Part shown: positions 28,781-39,167 of the stretch, one piece after another | How positions within the stretch are numbered: the first letter of the stretch is position 1 | Layout of the letters: every line of letters starts with the position of its first letter | Source: Alphaproteobacteria bacterium | GTDB lineage: Bacteria > Pseudomonadota > Alphaproteobacteria > Rs-D84 | Direction of reading: 5' to 3' | Length of the DNA stretch: 64,000 nt | Assembly: GCA_017463185.1 (NCBI GenBank) | Contig: JAFTPS010000003.1 | Span: 27,113-91,112 of the forward strand | Program-made: the position numbers and the translations under genes | The notes under the pieces: generated by a model | The model's database searches: none | What the model was told of the DNA's origin: nothing | The model's input: only the letters and a program-made list of their open reading frames with translations

Positions 28781-29671
28781 ATGAAACAAGAGATTTTTAT
28801 TGCGCGTGATGGTCGTCGCCTGGGGTGCAGTTTATGGGATGATGTTGCACATCCGCGCGGCGTAGTGCAAATTATTCACGGGATGGACGAATATGTAAAT
28901 CGCTATGACAGATTTGCAAAATTTCTGAATAAAAATGGATATATCGTTTTTGGCGATGACCATCGTGGACATGGGCGGACCGCAGGTAATGCCACCAAAG
29001 TTGGCAAGCCTGATGGCGACACTGATATTTTTTCAGCAACAGTTGATGATGAAATAGAAATTCTAAAATTTTTGAAACAAAAATATAAATTACCGGTTCT
29101 GTTATTCGGTCATGGATATGGCAGTTTTATAACCCAGCGAATTATGGAAAATACAAAACTGTGTACGGCGGGGGTGTGTCTGTCGGGTGGTGGACGGTAT
29201 TCGTTGGGTATGCTGTGGATGGGGATAATTGTTGCCTGGGTTGGGATGAAATTATGGGGTGCGAACGCATGTGCACGATTTATTGAATTTTGGTCGCCGG
29301 TACGCGGTAAATTAAAGGCTGCACATAAATTGACGCGCGACCCAGTCCAGGCAAACGTACGTGACACATCTGTTTGGCGTGGGGAATGTTTTGCGTATGG
29401 ATTTTATTATTCTTTGTTCAAAAATCTGATAAAATTAAATCAAGATGCCTGTCCGGAAACGCCGCTGTTGATAATTAGTGGTGGACGCGACATAGTCAAT
29501 CTGAACGGACGGTTGGCGGCATCGCTTTATCGGGCATACGGGGCGCGCGATATGAAAAATCTGACATTTTTAATTTATCCAGAGGCTAAACATGACCTGT
29601 TGTTGGATTTAGATTACCAAGATGTTCAAAATGATATTGTAGAATTTTTTAATCGCGCAATACGGAAATAA
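28781..29671 (+). CDS. alpha/beta-hydrolase fold protein (lysophospholipase/monoglyceride-lipase-like), nucleophile elbow reads GHGYGS
   Basis: VVQIIHGMDEYVNRYDRFAKFLNKNGYIVFGDDHRGHGRT.. and LLFGHGYGSFI (canonical GHSxG has Ser where Gly is found); ATG 28781 with RBS aaggga preferred over GTG 28754. Confidence 0.55.
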   Translation: MKQEIFIARDGRRLGCSLWDDVAHPRGVVQIIHGMDEYVNRYDRFAKFLNKNGYIVFGDDHRGHGRTAGNATKVGKPDGDTDIFSATVDDEIEILKFLKQKYKLPVLLFGHGYGSFITQRIMENTKLCTAGVCLSGGGRYSLGMLWMGIIVAWVGMKLWGANACARFIEFWSPVRGKLKAAHKLTRDPVQANVRDTSVWRGECFAYGFYYSLFKNLIKLNQDACPETPLLIISGGRDIVNLNGRLAASLYRAYGARDMKNLTFLIYPEAKHDLLLDLDYQDVQNDIVEFFNRAIRK

Positions 29672-29696
29672 AAATCCCGCCGGAGGCGGGGAATTA
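29672..29696. terminator. bidirectional intrinsic terminator
   Basis: aaaatcccgccggaggcggggaatt between convergent genes. Confidence 0.6.
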
Positions 29697-30002
29697 TTCC
29701 TCTACTAAAATCATGGTGTTGCCGTCTTCTACTATCATATCGGGGTCATCGGCCGTTGTTTTGCCACCCGTCCAGACATAGTACGAATATTTTGTTTCCG
29801 GTTGGGCCGCAATCTGAATCACGTGGCGGTCCGTTTCCAAGACCAAATCATTTCCGTTTGGTGTATCATACTTTATCACCGCACAATTTTCACCAATACA
29901 TTCATTGCCAGCATCCGCATAGGATGTGGATTCATCAGATGCCGTCCGACAACCCGCCAGAGCCAGCATAACAACCAATAAAGGTAATATAATCTTTTTC
30001 AT
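29694..30002 (-). CDS. small lipoprotein (lipobox LAGC)
   Basis: MKKIILPLLVVMLALAGC signal/lipobox. Confidence 0.5.
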   Translation of the reverse strand: MKKIILPLLVVMLALAGCRTASDESTSYADAGNECIGENCAVIKYDTPNGNDLVLETDRHVIQIAAQPETKYSYYVWTGGKTTADDPDMIVEDGNTMILVEE

Positions 30003-30084
30003 ACCATGTATTATATCACAAAATTCATATGAATAAAAATATATTTTATAGACAGATTTTTATAAGAAAATGTGTCTATTGCCA

Positions 30085-30112
30085 CTTGAAATGCTTTTCT
30101 GTTTAACTATAT
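30085..30112 (+). promoter_or_regulatory. possible heat-shock (sigma-32-like) promoter of dnaK
   Basis: cttgaaa -35-like box, 15-nt spacer, ctatat; -10 match to CCCCATNT is weak. Confidence 0.25.
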
Positions 30113-30145
30113 GGTGGGTAAGCAAAAAATTTTAAGGAGTAAAAA

Positions 30146-32041
30146 ATGGGAAAAGTATTAGGTATTGACCTGGGGACAACCAATTCAGCCATGGCGTTTA
30201 TGGATGGGGCAGACCCCAAAATTATTGAAAATGCCGAGGGTCAGCGTACCACACCGTCGGTCGTTGCACTGACATCGGGTGGCGAACAGTTGGTTGGTAT
30301 TACCGCCAAAAACCAGGCGGTGACTAATCCGGAAAATACAATTTATGAAATCAAGCGTTTGATGGGCTTGCGCTTTGACAGCCCCGCCGTTAAAGAAATC
30401 GCAGCGCGCGTACCATATAAAATCGTGGCGGGCGACAATGGCGACGCATGGGTAGAAATGGATGGCAAGAAATATGCACCGTCCCAGATTTCCGCTATGA
30501 TTTTGGCGAAATTAAAAAAGGACGCGGAAAGCTATTTGGGTGAAACGGTGACGGACGCAGTTATTACCGTGCCGGCGTACTTTAATGATTCCCAGCGTCA
30601 GGCAACCAAAGACGCTGGACGCATTGCGGGCCTGAATGTATTGCGTATTGTGAATGAACCAACGGCCGCTGCGTTGGCGTATGGTTTGGATAAAAACAAA
30701 GACGGCGTTATCGCGGTTTATGACCTGGGGGGTGGGACGTTTGACGTTTCTATTCTGGAAATCATTGATGGCGTGTTTGAGGTAAAATCCACAAATGGTG
30801 ATACCGCATTGGGTGGTTCGGACTTTGATGCACGTATTTTGGATTATCTGATTGCGGAATTCAAATCCCAGACAGGCATTGATTTATCTGGTGACAAATT
30901 AGCCTTGCAACGCTTAAAAGAGGCCGCAGAAAAAGCCAAAATTGAATTGTCGTCTAAGACATCAACTGATATCAACCTGCCCTTCTTGACTGCGGATGCA
31001 ACGGGTCCAAAACACTTTAATACAACATTATCACGCGCAAAGTTGGAATCCCTGGTTGGTGATTTGATTGAACGCACAATTGAACCGTGTAAAAAGGCTT
31101 TGAAAGATGCAGGTCTGGACAAATCACAAATCAACGAAGTTATCCTGGTTGGTGGTCAGACACGTATGCCAAAGGTTGCAGAAATAGTTAAAGAATTCTT
31201 TGGTCGCGAACCGCACAAAGGTGTGAACCCAGATGAAGTTGTTGGTATGGGTGCCGCAATTCAAGGTGGTGTATTAAAGGGCGATGTAAAAGACGTTCTG
31301 TTGTTGGATGTAACCCCACTGTCGCTGGGGATTGAAACTTTGGGTGGCGTGTTCACACGTCTGATTGATCGCAATACTACAATCCCAACCAAGAAATCAC
31401 AGGTGTTCAGTACCGCCGAAGATAATCAATCAGCCGTGACAATTCGTGTATTCCAGGGTGAACGCGATATGGCGGCGGACAACAAACTGTTGGGTCAGTT
31501 TAACCTGGAAGGAATTGCCCCTGCCCCACGTGGAATGCCACAGATTGAAGTTTCGTTTGATATTGACGCAAACGGTATTGTTCACGTATCTGCAAAAGAC
31601 AAAGGCACAGGTAAAGAACAGGCTATTTCAATTAAATCCGACGGCGGTTTGAGTGAAGATGAAATCAAACGTATGGTTGATGAAGCCGCAGCAAATGCCG
31701 AAGCGGATAAAAAGAAACGCGCCCTGGCCGAAGCGAAAAACACAGCTGAAACCGCTATATTCAGCATTGAAAAATCACTGAAAGAACATGGCGATAAAAT
31801 CAGCGAAGATGAAAAGAAAGCCATAGAAGAAGCCAAGCAAGAATTGGCGGACGAATTGGCAAAAGCAGACGCAACGGCAGAAAGCCTGAAAGAAAAAACA
31901 GACGCATTGTCTGAAAAGGCGATGAAGTTGGGCGAAGCGGTTTATAAAGCCGCCCAGGCCGAACAAGCCACCGCACAGGGCGAGTCAGAAAAGAAAAATG
32001 ACGACGGCAGCGTTGATGCAGACTTTTCTGAAAAGAAATAA
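30146..32041 (+). CDS. dnaK: chaperone DnaK (Hsp70)
   Basis: [18 protein letters not shown].., [12 protein letters not shown], full-length Hsp70; RBS aaggag; terminator after stop. Confidence 0.95.
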   Translation: MGKVLGIDLGTTNSAMAFMDGADPKIIENAEGQRTTPSVVALTSGGEQLVGITAKNQAVTNPENTIYEIKRLMGLRFDSPAVKEIAARVPYKIVAGDNGDAWVEMDGKKYAPSQISAMILAKLKKDAESYLGETVTDAVITVPAYFNDSQRQATKDAGRIAGLNVLRIVNEPTAAALAYGLDKNKDGVIAVYDLGGGTFDVSILEIIDGVFEVKSTNGDTALGGSDFDARILDYLIAEFKSQTGIDLSGDKLALQRLKEAAEKAKIELSSKTSTDINLPFLTADATGPKHFNTTLSRAKLESLVGDLIERTIEPCKKALKDAGLDKSQINEVILVGGQTRMPKVAEIVKEFFGREPHKGVNPDEVVGMGAAIQGGVLKGDVKDVLLLDVTPLSLGIETLGGVFTRLIDRNTTIPTKKSQVFSTAEDNQSAVTIRVFQGERDMAADNKLLGQFNLEGIAPAPRGMPQIEVSFDIDANGIVHVSAKDKGTGKEQAISIKSDGGLSEDEIKRMVDEAAANAEADKKKRALAEAKNTAETAIFSIEKSLKEHGDKISEDEKKAIEEAKQELADELAKADATAESLKEKTDALSEKAMKLGEAVYKAAQAEQATAQGESEKKNDDGSVDADFSEKK

Positions 32042-32068
32042 AAAATCCCCGAAAGGGGATTTTTTAAT
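32042..32068 (+). terminator. intrinsic terminator of dnaK
   Basis: aaaaatccccgaaaggggatttttt. Confidence 0.7.
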
Positions 32069-32114
32069 AGTAGCTGTGCAAAGTTCAATTATGGCAGCCA
32101 CTAATAAACAATAA

Positions 32115-32840
32115 CTAATTCCCCATACTGATTGTGGCGAACAAGGCGGTGCGAAATGTGGCGTTGTCCGCAAATTTTGTTGCGCAATTGGTGACACAAT
32201 TTGTATCACAATTTGTGGAAGTTGCAAATGTTGTGGCATATGCCCACTGGGATACGGCTGGCGACATTATTCGGCACCAACAATATAAATTTTCGGTGGC
32301 GGTATCACTTAGTTCAACCGCGAATATACTGTCGCCGACACTGCCGGTGCTGATACCACAATGCGATATACCATTGACCGTGGTGTTGCCCGTTTGTCCA
32401 GACCAATTTATTGTGTTTATAGATGGGGTAATTTTTGTTGTTGTGGCGTCCGGGTCAAGCACACCACACAATTTTAATTCGCTTGTGTGATATGTTGTAT
32501 TATTGTGTTTTATATGAATTGTATCCGTTGCCGTTCCCGCCACCAGATTTGCAAAACATTCTGTATCACCCAGTTTTATGTGTATTGATGGCGTTGTGTA
32601 TTGTTCCCGATAAAGTGATGTTGCGGTGTCTTGGCTTGTGCGTATTACCGTTGCACCAGCGGAACATGCCAAATCCGGCGAGTTTTCCGACGATACAACC
32701 CCCAGCGTTTGATGTGTACATATTGGCGACAGTTCAACCGCAGCATTTCGCGTGATTGCAATTGTCCCAGTTGGACAGATGGCGGCACGCACACCGTCAC
32801 AACAACACAGAACTATTAAAAAACTTAGCGTGCGATACAT
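32115..32840 (-). CDS. secreted cysteine-rich protein
   Basis: 241 aa, signal peptide MYRTLSFLIVLCCCDGVRA; 1-nt overlap with upstream paralog; Cys/Thr-rich. Confidence 0.5.
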   Translation of the reverse strand: MYRTLSFLIVLCCCDGVRAAICPTGTIAITRNAAVELSPICTHQTLGVVSSENSPDLACSAGATVIRTSQDTATSLYREQYTTPSIHIKLGDTECFANLVAGTATDTIHIKHNNTTYHTSELKLCGVLDPDATTTKITPSINTINWSGQTGNTTVNGISHCGISTGSVGDSIFAVELSDTATENLYCWCRIMSPAVSQWAYATTFATSTNCDTNCVTNCATKFADNATFRTALFATISMGN

Positions 32841-33265
32841 TATTCCAACAGGTTATTTAACATTGTTTTGCGAAAAGTTTGGTCCATATCGTTATCAAAT
32901 ATCATTCCGTTGCGACAACCGCGGGCGCAATTTTTTACACACATATTTGCGGACGTGTATGTATAGCGTGCAACCCATTTTGATATTGCTGGCACGGTCA
33001 TTTTACACCAGCAATACAGATTTTTACTGGTTGTACCACTGGTGCTGATATTAGTTGTACTGTCCGTATCGGCGGTGCCGGATGTTGATGCGCATCGGCC
33101 AACTATGTTGACGGTTGTGCCGTCGCAGTCAACGGTACAATCGGATGTACTATAACAATCATCGCTGGTAGTGCATACCGTGGACGCGGCCAATTTTATA
33201 CACTGGGTCAGGGCATGAACATTTGTGCAAAAAAATAAAATTACTGTGAATAAAAAAATTCTCAT
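32840..33265 (-). CDS. secreted cysteine-rich protein
   Basis: Start MRIFLFTVILFFCTNVHA at 33265 (RBS aagggat) preferred over track start 33301 which lies inside the leader; Cys-rich. Confidence 0.45.
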   Translation of the reverse strand: MRIFLFTVILFFCTNVHALTQCIKLAASTVCTTSDDCYSTSDCTVDCDGTTVNIVGRCASTSGTADTDSTTNISTSGTTSKNLYCWCKMTVPAISKWVARYTYTSANMCVKNCARGCRNGMIFDNDMDQTFRKTMLNNLLE

Positions 33266-33470
33266 ATCCCTTATGCCCCTGCCCCCGATTTTGTGCAGCA
33301 AAAGACCGCCGAAAAATTCAGACGGTCAGGAGGTTGGAAACAATTGTTGGAATTGTGTCGCTTATTCAGTATATTCGCAACCCTCCTGACCCCGGGTTCA
33401 GGAGATTTTTACGTCGCAATAATAAAAAATACGCACGGCGTGCGTAATAAGTATATATTCCGACGCCAAC
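33266..33470 (-). promoter_or_regulatory. conserved structured 5' leader (copy L3) with terminator hairpin
   Basis: Sense: ctcctgaacccggggtcaggagg / gttgcgaatatactgaataag... / aacctcctgacc / gaccgtctgaatttttcggcggtc+ttttgc. Confidence 0.5.
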
Positions 33471-33572
33471 AAAGGGTTTCCACACCCCAATACGACAATA
33501 CGTCATATCAAAGTGTATTCTAGCGTATTTTATATTTGTTGGCAAGAGAAAACGCCCATTTGGGCGTTTATA

Positions 33573-34652
33573 TTATTTAGTTTCACCAATATATATACCC
33601 AAATGTGGCGCAACATCCAACAGGGGGTCATCAGGCGACACATAAGCATTAGAGGTCAACAAATCTGGGATTTTTGGGTCACGAACCGTTTCGCCCGCCG
33701 CAACAAAATCCGACAATGCGACGGTTTTACACCCATTGCAATCCAGTGCCGTCATAACATATGTTTCACCATTATCAATTGCATGCAACGCACAATCCGC
33801 CAGGCGCGACGCCAGGATTCGGTCTGCGGCGGTTGTGTCACCAGCACGCTGGGTATGTTCTGGGAACGCGGTGCGATTGACTATACCAGCGGCGGTCAGT
33901 TTGCGTGAAATCATATCCGCAGGTTTCCCCGAGTGGCCTCGCAGGGATATACCCTCTGACACGATAATAACGCCATAGTCTGTTGGTGCATGCTTTATAT
34001 GGCGAACCAATGTGTCTATATCAAATTTAATTTCCGGGATTAAAATTGCCGTGGCCCCGACCGCAACACCGGCATTCAGGGCCAATTGCCCACAATCGCG
34101 CCCCATAGCCTGGACCACGAACCAGCGATGATGACTGCGTGCGGTCAGCATCAGTTGGTCGCAAAATCCGGTCAGTTGTTGCACCGCGGTATCAAATCCG
34201 ATTGTGCGGTCGGTCATAGGCATATCCATATCTATGGTTTTTGGGATACAGACCAATTGCAAATCACGATATGTTTCACGATTGGCCCATGCCAATGACA
34301 GACTGCCATTCCCACCAATCAAAATCAAAGCATCTAAATCCAATGCACGCAATCCACGATATAATTTTTTATTAAATGCCGCAATTCTTCCATTTTCGGC
34401 TGCGGTTTCAAAATTTAATGCACCAGCGTGACCATTGTGCAGAAAACTGCCCGCAAGGCGCGCGTTTTCAATCGGCAATGTATGTTCGTCAAATTCCAGT
34501 ATCCGTGGCGGATTTTCACATAATCCATCCGTCCCGTCCAGGATACCAACAACCGTCCAACCACGCAGTATTGCACCACGCACCACGCGATGAATAACCG
34601 TGTTCAGGCCACTGCAATCGCCACCAGTTGTCATAATTCCTATCTTTTTCAT
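33573..34652 (-). CDS. pfk: 6-phosphofructokinase family (PfkA-like)
   Basis: MKKIGIMTTGGDCSGLNTVI.., ..KTIDMDM.. (TIDxD), MGR motif; note GGNGS where GGDGS is usual. Confidence 0.8.
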   Translation of the reverse strand: MKKIGIMTTGGDCSGLNTVIHRVVRGAILRGWTVVGILDGTDGLCENPPRILEFDEHTLPIENARLAGSFLHNGHAGALNFETAAENGRIAAFNKKLYRGLRALDLDALILIGGNGSLSLAWANRETYRDLQLVCIPKTIDMDMPMTDRTIGFDTAVQQLTGFCDQLMLTARSHHRWFVVQAMGRDCGQLALNAGVAVGATAILIPEIKFDIDTLVRHIKHAPTDYGVIIVSEGISLRGHSGKPADMISRKLTAAGIVNRTAFPEHTQRAGDTTAADRILASRLADCALHAIDNGETYVMTALDCNGCKTVALSDFVAAGETVRDPKIPDLLTSNAYVSPDDPLLDVAPHLGIYIGETK

Positions 34653-34763
34653 ATTCCCCCCGTTTTTTCGTGTAGAATTATATCACAAATAAGTTGACAA
34701 AGAAATATATTTTGGAATAATTTGTCCAAGAAATATTTAATCTTATCCACCGGGGGTTTTAAT

Positions 34764-35906
34764 ATGGTAAAAAAGAATAACTCAAACACAAATATGGGAA
34801 GAACCAAGCGTTCAACCGATGATTTAATCAACGATGCAATTGCGCAACAAAATGATTGGCAGGAAAATCGCCGTGAATACACACGAGGATTTTTGAAGTC
34901 TTTGAATATGTTTGCGCGCAAATCCCCTGAAAATGAATCTGTGGACAAGGCCGAAATTGAAAAGGCGCGCAATCGTCGCACGGGTTTGGTGGCGTATTGG
35001 TTTCCTATTGCATGTGCAATAATTGTTATATTTATTGCAATTTGGGTTGCATTTATTCGCACAAATGCCCAGCCTCGCGTGGTGGTAGTGCCCGCAATCC
35101 CAGCCCCCGTCGTCCAAGAAATCAAACGCGATACAGTTCCGACATTTGATATTGTGCGTATTGAAAAAGACGGAAATATCGTTATTGCAGGTCGTTGGTT
35201 GCCACACCAGAATATATCAATTATGGTAAACAACAAAATTATTGCAACTGAACGCACAGATTACAGTGGCGAATTTGTCTATGCCCCGACCACACCGTTT
35301 GCACCAGGCAACTATACAATAGCCCTGTTGGGAACAGACCCGGAAATCAAATCAGACGATAAAGTTTTTATTTTTGTTTCCGACAAAGGACATGAAAATT
35401 CTATTTCCCTGTTGATGACCAAGGACGGCAGTACATTATTACAGGCCCCAACGATGCTGCACGATGGTGATTTGGTGGTATCAAAAATTGACTATCTGGA
35501 CACAGGGCGCATTGTGGTGACTGGCGATGCATTTCCGCGTCTGCGTGTGTCCATGGCATTGGATGGTAAATATATGGGTTTTGCGCGTGTTTCCGACCAT
35601 CGCCATTTTGGTTTGGGTGCGGATGTGGGCGAACTGGAATCGGGACGCGAATATGAATTGGCGGTACGTCTGCACGACGGGGATGGCCACGCGGTTGCAA
35701 CCGTAAAACATAATTTCGTTATGCCGGAAATGACGGGCGATGACGATACATTCTATACCGTGCGTCGCGGCGATTGCCTGTGGATTATTGCGCGCAATTT
35801 CCTGCGCCGTGGGGTATTATTCAGCATTATTGCCGAACGCAATAATATTGAAAATCCTGATCTGATTTACCCGAAACAATTATTGCAAATTCCAACAAAA
35901 AAATAA
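34764..35906 (+). CDS. membrane-anchored LysM domain protein
   Basis: N-terminal TM helix (WFPIACAIIVIFIAIWVAFI), C-terminal LysM (YTVRRGDCLWIIARNF...YPKQLLQIP); ATG 34764 with GGGGG RBS. Confidence 0.6.
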   Translation: MVKKNNSNTNMGRTKRSTDDLINDAIAQQNDWQENRREYTRGFLKSLNMFARKSPENESVDKAEIEKARNRRTGLVAYWFPIACAIIVIFIAIWVAFIRTNAQPRVVVVPAIPAPVVQEIKRDTVPTFDIVRIEKDGNIVIAGRWLPHQNISIMVNNKIIATERTDYSGEFVYAPTTPFAPGNYTIALLGTDPEIKSDDKVFIFVSDKGHENSISLLMTKDGSTLLQAPTMLHDGDLVVSKIDYLDTGRIVVTGDAFPRLRVSMALDGKYMGFARVSDHRHFGLGADVGELESGREYELAVRLHDGDGHAVATVKHNFVMPEMTGDDDTFYTVRRGDCLWIIARNFLRRGVLFSIIAERNNIENPDLIYPKQLLQIPTKK

Positions 35907-36745
35907 TGAATACGGATAAAATTAGTTTTGCTTTAAAAATTACCAATTGGTGCAATATGAATTGTACCCATTGCAGCGAATACAGCAATGCGCAAATTGC
36001 ACCAAATATTATGCCCTTGGACAAAGTTGAAAAATACATCGGGGAATTTAATGCAATACCAATGGACAAATGGGAATATATGGTCTTTACTGGGGGCGAG
36101 GCCATGGCCCCCTATTACCACAAACAGACAGAATATATTCCAAAGTGTTTAGATTTCGCCGGACAATTAAAAATGGCACCATTTATCAAGACAAATGGTG
36201 CGTGGGGCATCAATGATACGATGCGAACAAAAATTCTGCGTGATTGTGCGGGCGCGGCATACAGGAACGACATTTTATCATCATTGGATATATCGGTTGA
36301 TGAATTTCATAACAACACCAAAGCGGTTGTAAAAATTATCAATGATGTTGTACGCAGTGATTATCTGGCCCCAGCGGTACGGATATCATTGGTTGGACTA
36401 AACACTCGTAAATCACGAGTTGATTTTGCTAATCTAATAGAAACATTGCGTCAAACCGGATTAAAGGTTGAATGGCGTCAAGACGGTTTGTTGGTCGTCA
36501 CTGTACCTGGGGTTAGAGGTGTACGATTGTACTATGACTTGTGGACGAATGTCGCCAATGTAGGACGAGCAAAAGACAATGCACTGGGGACATATACCCC
36601 AAATGGTCAACCAGATTTTCAAACGGGACATTGTTTCCAGATTGATAATAACGACATTGCAACATTGAATTATTATCATCGCACCCCGGTCAATAACCGC
36701 CCGGTATTTGATGTTGTAAAAGAATTAGTCACAAAGACCAAATAG
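35906..36745 (+). CDS. radical SAM domain protein
   Basis: CNMNCTHC = CxxxCxxC cluster motif at N-terminus; 1-nt overlap with LysM gene. Confidence 0.55.
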   Translation: MNTDKISFALKITNWCNMNCTHCSEYSNAQIAPNIMPLDKVEKYIGEFNAIPMDKWEYMVFTGGEAMAPYYHKQTEYIPKCLDFAGQLKMAPFIKTNGAWGINDTMRTKILRDCAGAAYRNDILSSLDISVDEFHNNTKAVVKIINDVVRSDYLAPAVRISLVGLNTRKSRVDFANLIETLRQTGLKVEWRQDGLLVVTVPGVRGVRLYYDLWTNVANVGRAKDNALGTYTPNGQPDFQTGHCFQIDNNDIATLNYYHRTPVNNRPVFDVVKELVTKTK

Positions 36746-36753
36746 TTTTTATT

Positions 36754-37323
36754 ATGGACACAGAAAATCAAATTGATAAAGGCACAACACTGCAACAGCG
36801 TAACGCTGAATATTATGCACACAACAAGCAAACTATTATTCAACGTTCTAAAAATTACTATCAGAAAAACAAACAACTATTGCGCCCCAAACGCAGAACA
36901 TACGAGAAAAATTATCGCGAAAAACACAAAGATTATATCAAACAAAGAAAACATATCTGGGATACAGAAAACGCACAAGCCTGCAAGGAATATGCCGCAA
37001 AACGGTATCGCATAGTAAAGGAAATGACGCAACGGGCCGCGTTCGTATGTCCCAGTTTTGTATTCCTGAGTCAAGTACGCAAAACAAGTATAGAAACATA
37101 TAAATTGGCCTATGGGCAAAACGAACGTGTGATTCCTAAAATCGCAAAACTATGCCCTGCTTTGGAAAAAATGAGTCCTGGCATATGCCCGTTGGTTCGG
37201 CGCGACTTTGAAACAGTGGAACAAATGACAGAAGTTTGCCCAATGAAACGAGCGTTTTTAATTCCGCGGGCTGCGGATGCTATCACACAATGTGCCAGAA
37301 CTTTGCGTGAACAAATGCGTTAA
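36754..37323 (+). CDS. hypothetical basic protein
   Basis: 189-aa ORF, Lys/Arg-rich N-half, Cys pairs in C-half; third gene of LysM-rSAM cluster. Confidence 0.35.
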   Translation: MDTENQIDKGTTLQQRNAEYYAHNKQTIIQRSKNYYQKNKQLLRPKRRTYEKNYREKHKDYIKQRKHIWDTENAQACKEYAAKRYRIVKEMTQRAAFVCPSFVFLSQVRKTSIETYKLAYGQNERVIPKIAKLCPALEKMSPGICPLVRRDFETVEQMTEVCPMKRAFLIPRAADAITQCARTLREQMR

Positions 37324-37352
37324 AAATCCCACCATTTGGTGGGATTTTTTCT
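37324..37352. terminator. bidirectional intrinsic terminator
   Basis: aaaaatcccaccatttggtgggatttttt. Confidence 0.65.
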
Positions 37353-38604
37353 AATACCAGCCACGTAATTTCATTGCGGTGGCTACGCGTTTTATAGAGT
37401 GCATATAGGCAGCTTCACGCATAGAAACATTGTATTCACATTTGATTTTATAAATGGCATCAAACGCGTCACGCATTGCACGGTCTTCTTTGGTGGCTAC
37501 CTCGGCCTCGTCCCAGTAATAGCCATAACGATTCTGGACCCATTCAAAATACGAAACCGTGACCCCGCCCGCATTTGCCAAAATATCTGGCACAATGGTG
37601 ACGCCACGTTCGCTTAGTATTTTTTCACCGTCCAGTGTTGTTGGACCGTTTGCCCCCTCTACCACCAGATTGGTTTTAATCAATGGCGCAGTATCTTTGT
37701 TGATTGTGTTTTCCATAGCGCACGGACACAATACATCTACATCCAATCCCCAGAACTGGTCCGTGGTAATTTCTGTTGCGGATGGATATCCTTTGATACT
37801 GCCACCGTTTTCTGATTTAAATTTCATCAACGCGTCAATATCCAGGCCATTTTCATTATAAATTGTCGTATTCCATTCGGCAATGGCGACTATTTTTGCG
37901 CCCATATCGGCGGAACATTTTGCGGTGAATGAACCGACATTTCCAAATCCCTGGATTGCGATTTTTGCACCACGCATTTCTTTGCCCATCGTTTTCAGGG
38001 ATTCGCCGATAATAATTGAAATCCCCAGCCCGGTTGCCGGTGTGCGCCCCTGGGACCCCATAAGTTCAACGGGTTTGCCGGTAAAGGTTCCAAATGACTG
38101 TTCGCCAGACAATTTGATGTATTCATCAATAAACCATGCCATAATTTGACCGTTGGTATTTACGTCTGGGGCGGGAACATCCATCTTTTCGCCCAGGATT
38201 GGATAAATCGCATCAACATAACCACGGCACAGGCGTTCTAATTCGCCAGCAGACAAGGTCTTGGGGTCAACGATAATGCCGCCTTTGCCCCCGCCATATG
38301 GGATGCCGGTGACGGCGCATTTGAATGTCATCCAAATAGATAGGGCTGCAACCTCGTCCCGCGATACCATTGGATGGAAACGCACACCACCCTTAGATGG
38401 ACCAATCGCGGTGTTATGCTGGGCGCGAAAGCCCGTAAACACACGGACCGAGCCATCATCCATTTTTACAGGGATGGAAACTTCCAGCATTCTTTGCGGA
38501 TTTTTCAAAATTTCATACACATCGTTTGGCAGCCCCAATCGCTCGCATGCAACCTTTACGCGACTTTGCGCACCAATCAATGGATTTAAGTTTTCATTTG
38601 TCAT
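37351..38604 (-). CDS. gdhA: NAD(P)-dependent glutamate dehydrogenase
   Basis: ..GPSKGGVRFHPMVSRDEV..IPYGGGKGG.. GDH signature; start MTNENLNPL at 38604 with RBS aaggaag (track ORF extends spuriously upstream). Confidence 0.9.
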   Translation of the reverse strand: MTNENLNPLIGAQSRVKVACERLGLPNDVYEILKNPQRMLEVSIPVKMDDGSVRVFTGFRAQHNTAIGPSKGGVRFHPMVSRDEVAALSIWMTFKCAVTGIPYGGGKGGIIVDPKTLSAGELERLCRGYVDAIYPILGEKMDVPAPDVNTNGQIMAWFIDEYIKLSGEQSFGTFTGKPVELMGSQGRTPATGLGISIIIGESLKTMGKEMRGAKIAIQGFGNVGSFTAKCSADMGAKIVAIAEWNTTIYNENGLDIDALMKFKSENGGSIKGYPSATEITTDQFWGLDVDVLCPCAMENTINKDTAPLIKTNLVVEGANGPTTLDGEKILSERGVTIVPDILANAGGVTVSYFEWVQNRYGYYWDEAEVATKEDRAMRDAFDAIYKIKCEYNVSMREAAYMHSIKRVATAMKLRGWY

Positions 38605-38742
38605 AATGTTTTCTTCCTTTTGATATTGGACACTGTTCAATGTACGACCATACGATATAAAAAGCAAGGGGTGGGAAAATAAAAAAGTTTTGTTCTGGAC
38701 AAGTGTGTCAAATTATTATAAAATCACGCCCATATAAGTTCC

Positions 38743-38816
38743 GCGGGCGTGGTATAATGGCAGAACGAAAGCTTCCCAAGCTTTAGACGAGGGTTCGATT
38801 CCCTTCGCCCGCACCA
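38743..38816 (+). tRNA. tRNA-Gly (anticodon CCC)
   Basis: GCGGGCG...CGCCCGC acceptor, anticodon stem AAAGC/GCTTT with loop TTCCCAA, T-loop GGTTCGATTCC, CCA encoded. Confidence 0.8.
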
Positions 38817-38835
38817 CACTTCGCGTCTGCGACGC
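38817..38835. repeat. palindromic direct repeat cacttcgcgtctgcgacgc (left flank of GIY-YIG gene)
   Basis: Repeated at 39168-39185 (cactcgcgtctgcgacgc); core gcgtc-tgc-gacgc is self-complementary. Confidence 0.55.
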
Positions 38836-38916
38836 TTCGTATGGCGCAGCCACAGGGAAAGCTGAGCAGAAACGAGAAGTAGTGCCCTGCGAAGCCTTTG
38901 GCGAAGGGGGGCATAA

Positions 38917-39165
38917 ATGTATTATGTATATTTGATTCAAAGTAAAAACTTTCCAAATCAACGTTATATAGGTTATACAGAAGATTTGAAACAACGACTA
39001 AAAGAACATAATGCAGGAATGTCAACACATACTAAAAAATATGCTCCATGGGACCTGATAACATATGTCGCTTTTTCAAACAAATATGCAGCATTAGATT
39101 TTGAAACTTATTTGAATAAAGGTTCAGGACACGCGTTTGCCAACAAACGTTTATGGACGAAATGA
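38917..39165 (+). CDS. GIY-YIG nuclease superfamily protein (YhbQ/UPF0213-like)
   Basis: MYYVYLIQSKNFPNQRYIGYTEDLKQRLKEHN = canonical GIY-YIG motif; 82 aa. Confidence 0.7.
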   Translation: MYYVYLIQSKNFPNQRYIGYTEDLKQRLKEHNAGMSTHTKKYAPWDLITYVAFSNKYAALDFETYLNKGSGHAFANKRLWTK

Positions 39166-39167
39166 TG

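Noticed and set aside
34649-35257. 202-aa minus-strand ORF overlapping the start of the LysM gene
   Set aside because: It is antisense to a gene with clear TM + LysM features and lacks an RBS.
38716-39028. Minus-strand ORFs (92 and 81 aa) covering tRNA-Gly and the GIY-YIG start
   Set aside because: They overlap an unambiguous tRNA and a motif-bearing GIY-YIG ORF on the other strand.
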